Assembly: GCF_009914755.1 (NCBI RefSeq)
Contig: NC_060945.1
DNA: 64,000 bases
From: the human T2T-CHM13v2.0 reference genome, Homo sapiens
Reading direction: 5' to 3' (one strand)
Under the pieces are notes generated by a model, which saw nothing but the letters and a program-made list of their open reading frames with translations, was not told where the DNA came from and did not search any database. Both the position numbers and the translations under genes were made by a program. This document shows, piece by piece, positions 54,459-64,000 of the stretch. Position 1 is the stretch's first letter. Each line of letters starts with the position of its first letter.

Positions 54459-56555
54459 CCTCCCACAGCCAGGGACCATCTTAAGTGTAGGTCATTATTC
54501 TGAGAGCATTGTAGTTGTGCCTACTGAGGATAAAGAAAATTGTGAAGAGCACCAGACAATGCAGATTAGGCCTTCACCTCAGAATTCTGTTTGCTTAGAA
54601 TTGAGGTTTGGAGTCATGTTCTCATGTCTGATTAGTTTCTAAAGATTTAACATTCCTGTTGTCTTCTGTGTTCTAGAGTTGTCTGATGAAGAAGGGAGAA
54701 TTCGATGTTCCTCTCATAGATGCATTTTGGTTCATAGAAGATTTTGTTCTCTCAGGTGGGACAGTGCTAGGAAGGACAGTGCCACAGCTGTGCCCACCTC
54801 CTTCCTTGCGGTTTCCCATGGGAGGAATGAAGCTAATATGAACAGTTCGATATTGGAGTATCTATTGGGTGACTTTCAACACCTGGCAGCCTTAGAATGA
54901 CCAAAACACAATCAAGTGCTAATCACTCATCCTCTTTCACTTTCTGTTTCAAAGAGCATTAAGGTCTTTTAAATTGATGCTTTCTATAGAATAAATGACT
55001 ATGAAGAGGGCTGCTCTGTTTCCCTGTGTCTTCTTCCAGCTCTCTCTGTACCTGCCAATCTCAGCACTTTCTCTATCCCTGTTTGTGACTGGGTGGAGTT
55101 ATCCTTCCTCAGGAGATAACTTCCATCATGTCACTGGTTGAATGGCCACAAAATTATGGCCAGCTTTGCAGTCTGCTTTGCTATATATACAAAGATTAAA
55201 TTGAATTATAAAATAAATCTAATTACTAGTATTTCCTAAGGCTAAATATATTTGACTTGCTACTCTTATGTAGTCTACGCTCGCACCATTCATTGAATAA
55301 TTAATAACATTGATTTTATCACAAATTCCATATGCTGTATGTGAAAATTAATTACTTTTATGAGAAAGCTATTATTGAACAGAAATGGTTCTTGGCTGTG
55401 GTGTCAGCCACCATGTGTCATTTAGGACCTCTGCAACTGAACCTAGGTCACTACTCCTGTGTACAGTTTTGCAATCTGATCAGCTACAGTGAGGTGGCTT
55501 CATACTGGTAGGCTGGGCTCATTCCTGCTGATCAATGGAATAATCGCTCCTAGAACAGTTTTAATGAATTATGCAAAATGTTCATCTTAATTCTGTCTCA
55601 AGTAGCTCTATGATTTTGTCCATGCCTCTGATTTGCCATTTCTCCATGGTTCAAATGAAAGCATGGCAACAATAAGAGTTCGCCGCCTAATCTGTCAGTT
55701 ATCAAATTTCCAGTGAGGGTCGGGGTAGGGTTCCTGTCATTGTCTGACACTGCTCTTAGTTGAATTAGCAAGTAACCTAATACTTCAATTTCACAGTCAA
55801 TGTAAGTACAGAGGACTACATTTAACTTTCTTTTCCTTTCAGAAGCTAGGCCTTCCAGCTTTCTGTTTTGCTCCTAGACATGAAAATAAGGCTGCAGGTG
55901 GTGACTCTCATTAGCCTAGGTAGTTCATTTTCTATCTGGCAGTGAATAATCATAGTTGTGATCTAGGTAGGCTCTGACAGGAGGTCAGTTTGGTAATCTT
56001 CTATGTTTTTCAGTTCTACTTTTCCACTAAAATTACAAATACATGACTTAATTTCGCATTCACAAATTAAGTACCTCTCAGAGCACTTTTCTTGAAAGAT
56101 GGTTGGTCAGAATCTCTGAACTCTTTGGGATGTCTACAGTGATCTTTATAAGAATTTTGCAGCCTATGATACCTTTCTCTATCCACTGCCTTCATGTCAC
56201 CAAACACACGTAGGCAGATTAGGAGGGATTCTCCTATTGTGAGGTCAAATTTGCACCAATTTTATGGGGGTAGTCACACCTCATCAATATGACTAGATGA
56301 GTTATATTCTGTTAAAAATTTAGGTCTGGGAGGCTCTTTCCTCTAACGTAAATTTGGAAAATGTAAAATAGGAGACAGACTCTTAAAATCAGGTAATATA
56401 AGGAGATTAATATGTCATGTAACTACTGATCCCTCTGCAGTTTTGAATGGAGTATATCAATTTATTACGTATAGAAAAACACCAAAATATTCCCACCTGA
56501 CAGAATATAGCAGACCTAAGTTTCCATTAAATAGTTTTCTGAGCAGAAGGAAAAA

Positions 56556-56571
56556 TGACTCAAATGACTCA
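56556..56571. promoter_or_regulatory. Tandem AP-1 consensus motifs (TGACTCA x2); motif match only
   Basis: TGACTCAAATGACTCA. Confidence 0.25.
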
Positions 56572-57024
56572 ATGTTCTCCTAATTCTGGAGGTCCCAAAG
56601 TCTATAAAGAAGCAATTTCCATGTCTCAGTCCCGGTGTCCTCTTACTGATGATGAACTTATTGTAGGAAATCTCTAGCAATATAATGATGCTCAAAATAC
56701 TGAAACAATAATGAATTTCCTATTCATTGTATCTGGAACAAAGCCTTGTATCTTGCAGTTGGGAATATATTTGTGTACATGAGTGTGTGTGTATGAATGT
56801 ATTTACACATATGTTTTGACCTTACTGTTAGAAACATGAATATATTTCTGTACGTAAATATATTTTCATACATATGTTTTGATCACACCATTATCTAAGT
56901 CTGCATACATTTCGTAGATAAATGTTTTTCTAGTTATCTAAGGGATAGGCCATTGTCAGATGTAGTTAGAAGCTTCTTAACTACCCTTTTACACATCTGA
57001 GGTGATGTACAGTCATGTTCTGAG

Positions 57025-57039
57025 TGACGTCATGCCAAT
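57025..57039. promoter_or_regulatory. Full CRE palindrome plus adjacent CCAAT; motif match only
   Basis: TGACGTCATGCCAAT. Confidence 0.3.
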
Positions 57040-59115
57040 GGCTTTTAGAAATGTCACTTAAACACCACTAAAGGCTTATAATCTCTGTTTAAACGTCTTC
57101 AAAATGTTTTTCTCAGGCAGAAAGTACATTTCTGTTCTTTTCCTTGAAAAGTTTATTGTTTTTGAATTTTTATTTTTTAAGAATAAAATTATTATATTTC
57201 TTGCAATAATTAAAAGCAATTTTCTTCTTCATAATTATAATCTCACTGAATTAAATGAATGCCTGGAAGACATGTGATTTTACATTTCTTCTTGACTGAA
57301 CACTCAATTACAAGGATCCTCATGACAGAAGCACTCAGACTGAGGTAGAAGCACACAACCTGCCAGAAACCTGGTAATGGAGCAAGACACAGAGGGCTCC
57401 CTGCAAACACACATCTTCACAGTCACAGACCATTCAATATTTAGTGTGATTTGTTTTTAAATTTAAAAATGCATATTAATTATATATTGTGTGTATGTGT
57501 GCATGTGTGTGTGTAAGCATGTGTGTGCATGTATGCCTAAATGCAAGCTGGAGATAAACTTATTCTGAGGCATAGACATGCTATGTAAGTATTTCATATT
57601 TGTTCAGAAGGTCTATGCTTTCATACAGGTATAGATACGTACATATCTATCAGCCATCTATCTATCTTTCTCTATTCTGAGTGAGAAAGAGATCTACCCC
57701 CTTTATTTAAGCATAGTAGACACACACACACATATATGTAAAGAAACAGAGAGAGAAAGAGAAATTCATTCCAGAAAATGGTTCATCTCAAGAAAAGTGA
57801 CTGAGTACTAAAATAAAATATTCTTTGAGGATAAAGAAACAGCTGAGGGTTGGGGAGTAACACTGAATACAGTGCACTTTACTCAAATTTTACCTTATAC
57901 CAAGCGTACTCCTCCTGGACCCTTAGAGTACTGGGTTTGCACTTAATGAACAAGAAAACTCATTAAAAAATATATTAACATTATAATGGGACTTTGAGAG
58001 TACATGGTGAAATGTACAAAGTCAGTCACTGACCCTGGCAGGATCCGGAAGTCACGCTAGTGCTTTAAGCACTTCCAGGAAGAGAGTCCTTAGCACAGAC
58101 AGCAGTCTCAGGTTCAGGCATTACTGTCAGGGGCACAGATGGCAGCCCAGGCCCCATCACAGTGAGGCCAATGCCTTTGCCAGGTATGAGTGCCTTAGTA
58201 GTTTCTCCAGGCACAAAAGCACAGGTGGAATAGAAGAGAAAACTGCCAGTTGCCAGGAAATGCCCAAGGAGACTAATTTATAGAGAAGATTCAAAACAAT
58301 CCCTGAACTTCCCAGATTTTTTTGAGAAGTGTTTGGCTGGAATCCCAATACAGCGATTGGAAGCAGAACTAGAGAAAATTATTTTCTTGTGTTTATAATT
58401 AGCTACATAGTTTTGTATAGAGTTTGATGGTTTGGTTTCCTAGTCATACATTGTTATTTTCTCCATAGTATAGGAACCTAAGAGACCACAGCAACTGGTA
58501 TCAGTATCATTCTGTATGTGTGACTGTGTGTGGGTGTATGTGTGTGCATGTATGTTTGTGACTACATAACATCAATGTCTTATCACAAAGTATCTCTGTA
58601 AAAATCTTATCACATTTTTGTGCATACATGCTGTCAATTTATTTTAAAAGGGACTTTCATTGGATGTAAACATAGAATACCAGCCACTACATTAACACTA
58701 AGGAAATGTTTTGTTTTCATTTTGGATAGATTAGAAAATAAGCATCTATTTTAAAATGCATTTGCATTACAAATGAAATACTACATATTTCAGAGGTTCC
58801 TACATTTTCTCTGTTCATGGAATCCTTTCATATTTTTATTTTTTACTTTTTTGTCAAAGGAACCCTAAACTAAAAGAAATATCTAATAGTTTCATGTATA
58901 GTAGTTAAGCCCAACAACTGACTAAGTATTATTTATTAACAACTTAACACCTACGGCATACAACAACGTCTCACACTTCCAAATCGGATTGCATTCTATC
59001 ACCCTCATTTTCTGCTCTCCACTGTTTTTTCTCAAAGTACTTGCCTTTTATGTTAGCTGTCTCTGAAAGCCCAGGTTCACAATAATAAGACACCACTATA
59101 AGGAGAGTCAGTGAT

Positions 59116-59286
59116 CTAATGCTTAACTACGAACTACTTCAAGCGAGTAGTTTTGGAGAAGCTGCTGTGTTCCCTTGAAAATTTAAAATGACTCCTAATC
59201 TCAGTATGAAAATTTTAAAATTTTCAAGGCAACACAGCAGCTTCTCAAAAACTACTAGCTTGAAATAGTTCATAGTTAAGCATTAG
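59116..59286. repeat. Near-perfect fold-back inverted repeat; arms 59116-59189 and 59212-59286, 22-nt loop
   Basis: CTAATGCTTAACTACGAACTACTTCAAGCGAGTAGTTTTGGAGAAGCTGCTGTGTTCCCTTGAAAATTT vs the reverse complement of arm 2: 5 substitutions and 1 indel in 75 nt. Confidence 0.97.
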
Positions 59287-59615
59287 TTAATATGATGAGT
59301 TGTATTCCAGGTTCTCTCAGTTAGGAATATGAACTTACTGACAGACAATAGTCCTTTTAGGCAGTTGATGAATTCAGAAAAATTACAGATGAAAAATCTG
59401 GGAGAGGTATCTGAAACTCATACATCATCAGTGAAAGTTACTAGTACCCCTTACCTATGTGTGCTTGCTAATACAGCATCCCACTGAAAAGAACCTTATA
59501 TCATCAGGATTTTTTTGCTGTAGATATATTGAGTATGCCCACTTACAACTTTTCACGTGATTATTTAATGGCTCAGCGTTCTTAAGAAATGACTTTCTTC
59601 TTTTATTAAAAAATT

Positions 59616-59877
59616 GAGGCTGAGGCGGGCAGATCATGAGGTGAGGAGATCGAGACCATCCTGGCTAACATGGTGAAACCCCATCTCTACTAAAAATACA
59701 AAAACAAAATTAGGTAGGCATGGTGGTGGGCACCTGTAGTCCCAGCTACTCAGTAGGCTGAAGCAGGAGAATGGCGCGAACCCGGGAGACGGAGGTTGCA
59801 GTGAGCCGAGATCTTGCCACTGCACTCCAGGCTGGGCGACAGAGCGAAACTCCATCTCAAAAAAAAAAAAAAAAAAA
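59616..59877 (+). mobile_element. AluY/Sc8-like, 5'-truncated by about 40 bp
   Basis: Begins GAGGCTGAGGCGGGCAGATCATGAGG; GAGATCGAGACCATCCTGGCTAAC; A19 tail. Confidence 0.94.
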
Positions 59878-62002
59878 GTTTTCCTCTTCATTATCCTCAG
59901 AGAAAAGGAAATGACTTTATCTTATTCAAAAGATGAATGTGAGTTATGTCATGTGATAGTATGTTTAAACTGGCTGATTAGAACCTAAAAAATAATATTT
60001 GAAAAATTTATGACATATAAATAAGATTCAAAAATTAAGTTGCTTTGTTTTTATATTTTAAAAATGACTCATAATCTAATATGACCCTTTAAAAAGTTAA
60101 AACAACCCTGTGAATTCACTGTGCTATACTGGATGGGCCTTAATGCATAATGTAGGAAGAGCAGATGTACTCAAAAGTCAGTGGTAAATATCAGAGTAAT
60201 AAGTACAGTAGTTCTAGACATACATGTTAAAATGTTTACCCTAAGGGAGCACTCAGCAATACTTGTCATTATAGACAAAGGCAAATAAAATTTGATCTTA
60301 TCAAGGTAAATTAAATGTCTAGTGAATAGGGACCTTAGAATTGTATGTATGTTTCTAGGCTAATATTTGCAAGACATGTCTAAGGTTTAAAGTTTTTCCT
60401 ATTCCCAGACAATAGTAATATATTATCTGTAACTGTTTATACAGTGAAAGTGAATAAAAACCAGATAAAGTCATTATTTCATTTTAGTATGAAGGAAATA
60501 GTTTGTCTAAGAATTACTTCTCCACAGACGATTGAGATTTTATTGGCATTAAACTAAGCCATATTAATGATTTGCTGTTTGTATGAAACAATAATAAAAA
60601 TTTTAATTAAAAATTCTAGCACATGAAAGTTTAGTACAAGCAAGAAGCTGTTGCTTTGTTCACTTGTAAGCAGGTGAGATATCAAAAAACAAATAAAAAA
60701 TAAGATTCATTTTTGTCTGAATGAGAATTAATTTATTAAATGCATTATTTTATCTAATATCCCCTTATATGTTCCTAAGGTATTTCCAAATACCATTATG
60801 AAGCTCCACCTTTTTATAGGACTTCCTTTTAAATAATGTAAAGCTAAAATCAAATTTGAATAAAATCATAAATACATAGAATGCATTATTGCAGTGCTAA
60901 AAATGCATAGCAGTTTTGTGTATGTATGTGTGTGTGTGAGTATGTTTTCCTTCCTCTATAATTATCCTTGTCTGTCAGCTTAGTCTATCTGAACACACAA
61001 GCTCCCTGTTGCAGCACGAAATCTTAATCTGGTGTCTTGGGGCTCTTATCACTGGCAATTCTGCAGATCATGTTCCCAGACCCAGCCTTGGGTCACTGTT
61101 CCCTCCAGTGTCTCCAGAAGCAGCTCAGTGGATGAAACAGCCTCTCAGTAGTCACAAGATTCTAGCTTAATTTTTTCAAGGTTTAGAATTTATACTATAC
61201 TAGGTCCAGCAGAATGAACACCATGAAAGCTCTGAACAAAAAATTGGAAGCCTTGGTTATATTTCCTAGTTTCTGTCCTGGAACCCAACAGGCCTGCGGG
61301 CTCAGCCTCAAACATAACTAATTTTTTTACTCTGATTCGGATCCATGGTGATTCACAACTTGTTTTTAAACACAGTTAACTACTTTTTCCTATTTTATCA
61401 AAGTTTTCCATAATTTGGCAAGTGAAGGAATGAAAGATTGTCTAACACGTGAAATAACAGCACCAACTTGACAAGATATTTGCAGGCCAGGAAAAAAAAA
61501 AGCATAAGCAGAGTATGAATCAAATGTGAAGAGGAAATGGAGAAAATAGAGGAAAGTGATTAACATTGTTTAAATATAAAGGTGTAAGAAAAGGGAATTT
61601 CATATTCAGAAATAACTCTCCCTTAGGGTAATGGATTTCAATAGAAAGCAAGTGCAGAGAAATTGAAAGCAGCTCCGTGAAAATTCAGGAAAATATCCTT
61701 AATTCAATTAGGAACTGACTGTCATTACAGCTTTCTATCAGCTCTGGACAGAGCCTGATGGGCACATGCATCAGCCTAATAGTTTAGTTCTTAGTTAAAA
61801 CAAAGTTAAAAAAATAAATATTTAGTTGGAAAGGAAACCTTTTTCTATAAATTTGTTCCATAAACGTTCATATTCCTTTAAATTTGAAATAACTGAAATA
61901 AAAGGTGAATAGTCTACATAAAATGCAACATTATAATTTACCTTCACAGATACTGTTTTGTTTTGGATATTTTTGCAACAACACAACTAAGTTGAAAGGA
62001 TA

Positions 62003-62613
62003 ATTTCCAGCTTTACTGAGGTACAATTAACAAATAAAAATCATATATTTTAAGGAGTACTATGTGATAATTTGGTGTGCATATGCATTGTGTAAAGATT
62101 ACAACAATTAAATTAACACGTTCATCACCACACATCGTTACTCTTGTGTGTGTGGAGGGTGAGGACACTTAAGATCTACTCTTTTTGCAGATTTCAAGTA
62201 AAGAGTACAGTATTGTTACCTATAAAAATTAGATCCCCAGAACTGATTCATCTTATAACTGAAAGTTCCTACTTTTTGAGCAACATGTGAGATCATGTAG
62301 TATTTGTTTTTCTGCATCTGGCTTTTCCATTTAGCACAGTGTTCTCCAGGTTCATCCAAGTTGTCACAAATGGCAGGATTTCCTTCTTTTAAATGTCCGA
62401 ATAATATTAAATTATATATGTATATCTGTACAGTATATATTAGTTTGGTGAAAATGTAATTGCTGTTTTTGCCATTACTTTAATATATGTGTATATGTAT
62501 TGTATATATGTGTATATTTGTGCATATGTACATATATATGTATACACACACCATATTTTCTTCATCCATCAATGAACACTTAGGTTGTTTCCGTATCTTA
62601 GCTACTGTGAATA
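62003..62613 (-). mobile_element. L1MA8/9-like 3' fragment
   Basis: CCAGCTTTACTGAGGTACAATTAACAAATAAAAA...GAGGACACTTAAGATCTACTCT...CACAAATGGCAGGATTTCCTTC...TAGGTTGTTTCCGTATCTTAGCT. Confidence 0.9.
62440..62484. mobile_element. MADE1 half nested in the TA-rich part of L1MA
   Basis: TTAGTTTGGTGAAAATGTAATTGCTGTTTTTGCCATTACTTTAAT, preceded by TA. Confidence 0.88.
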
Positions 62614-62644
62614 GATCATTCTTTTCTGTTTAGATGACACTTGC

Positions 62645-62820
62645 CCTTCTACTCACTAATTCAGTAACCTTTTTTGGGAGGTAACTTAACAATTTGCCCT
62701 GCTTGCATCATATGTAAAATAGGGGTGGTAAAAATAGTTCGCTTACAGCATTGTTGTAGTAATTAAGTAACTTACTATGTGGAAATGTTCAGAGCTACAC
62801 ATAATGATGAATAAGTATCT
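62645..62820 (+). mobile_element. MIR
   Basis: GGTAACTTAAC...CATCATATGTAAAATAGGGGTGGTAA...TTGTTGTAGTAATTAAGT. Confidence 0.65.
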
Positions 62821-63169
62821 TCTTTTGTTAACCTTTGATTGCAAAGTTTGATCTAACATGTTTTGTTTGATGGTCAGGACCACAAAACCCCCTCACACCT
62901 TACACATATTTATTACAAAAGTACTCAGGAGAGATCAGTCAACTCCGATGACAAGTGATTTTTGTTTCTATTCTGAGGTTTTGTTGCCTGTTGAAAGAAT
63001 GTGACCAGGTGTATTTCCTAAGATATATAAGGAGTCACATATAAAATTCCGAGATTCCAGGTACCATAATTCAAATTTAGACCAATGTCATAGCATTGCT
63101 TCTACTCTGGTGCCAAATAAGCTTCCCAGATGGCCCATCCATGAACCTGGCTCTGATTTTTAATAGAGT

Positions 63170-63335
63170 TAGTGTGATATTTTGGAAAGAAAATTGGATT
63201 TGGAGTTAAGCAACCAAGTTTGAACCCTAACTCAGAAATTACTTAGCTGTCTAAATTTGGGACAAGTTACTTAACTTGGCTGAGTTTCCATCAGGATAAA
63301 GGTGATAAAACAAGAATCTTGTAATGATTCTGAAA
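63170..63335 (+). mobile_element. MIR
   Basis: GGATTTGGAGTTAAG...GTTTGAACCCTAACTC...ACTTAGCTGT...TTGGGACAAGTTACTTAACTT..CTGAGTTTCC. Confidence 0.75.
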
Positions 63336-63934
63336 CTTACAGGGAACATAAGTAGGGCAAATAACTCAGTGCTTGGTCTTTCTATTTACCATACTTATGT
63401 TTCTCTCTCTTCTTTTTGATATCAGTGACTTGGTTTTTCTTGAAGAAGCCACATCTTCCTCACTCCCTGTTTAGGCAGTGCAAGGGATCTATAGCAATCT
63501 TGAGCAATGCCACATGCCTAGGCCACCAGCTTTATGAGCACTCTCCCTGTGACTTTTGCAAGAACTAGCGGAGGAGACATTCTGTATGCCATGGAGTGGC
63601 CCAGCTAGTGGGGAGGCCCTATTTTCCACCACTCTGAAAATTTGTCTGAAAATGAAATCAACTCAAAGAATAAAACATATCTGAGCTGCAAGAGCAAGAG
63701 TGATGCCAATCATTCCAGAAGACAAGTTTACCACATGGTTGGAATTAGTCAATAAATTCCTTTTTGTTAGTTAAAAAAAAGTTTCTATATTTTGTAATCA
63801 GTTTTAGTTGCCTCTTACTTTTTGCAAACTGAAATATTCCTGGAAAATATAGTAGCTAATCAATAGTGGAGGGATATATTTATTATTAGTCTATCTCTCA
63901 AATATTAGAGCCCCAAAAAGCAGAAGCCAATATC

Positions 63935-64000
63935 AATGACCTGGACCATCAGCTTTTTCAGGGTCTCAAGCCTGCTGCCTTTAGACTGGAACAGCACCAT
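63935..64000 (+). mobile_element. MLT2-like ERVL LTR fragment running off the window end
   Basis: CCATCAGCTTTTTCAGGGTCTCAAGCCTGCTGCCTTTAGACTGGAAC..CACCAT. Confidence 0.55.

Overview
AT-rich, CpG-poor primate genomic DNA. AluY and a young L1PA indicate a catarrhine or hominoid, probably human, but I cannot place the locus. I find no supportable protein-coding exon, RNA gene or CpG island. The ORF track is explained by Alu, L1, LTR and simple-repeat read-throughs or by chance. The window is mostly transposon debris: 13 Alus plus one Alu monomer, a stack of mostly minus-strand L1 fragments at 16-28 kb, L2/MIR relics, MaLR LTRs, hAT and mariner MITEs (MER1B, MER20, MER5A, MADE1 halves), and a decayed class III (ERVL/HERV-S-like) provirus at 42.7-46.7 kb. 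The structures these annotations do not explain are two long fold-back inverted repeats in sequence I do not recognise as a repeat: 9100-9690 (about 170-bp arms, about 85% identity) and 59116-59286 (about 75-bp arms, about 92% identity, 22-nt loop). Also notable are an AluY fused to half a THE1 LTR and a repeat-poor, motif-bearing stretch at 55-58 kb. Repeat family and subfamily calls come from recalled consensus features, not a database search, and boundaries of old elements are approximate. Nothing here establishes a new biological system; the two hairpins are the best leads.
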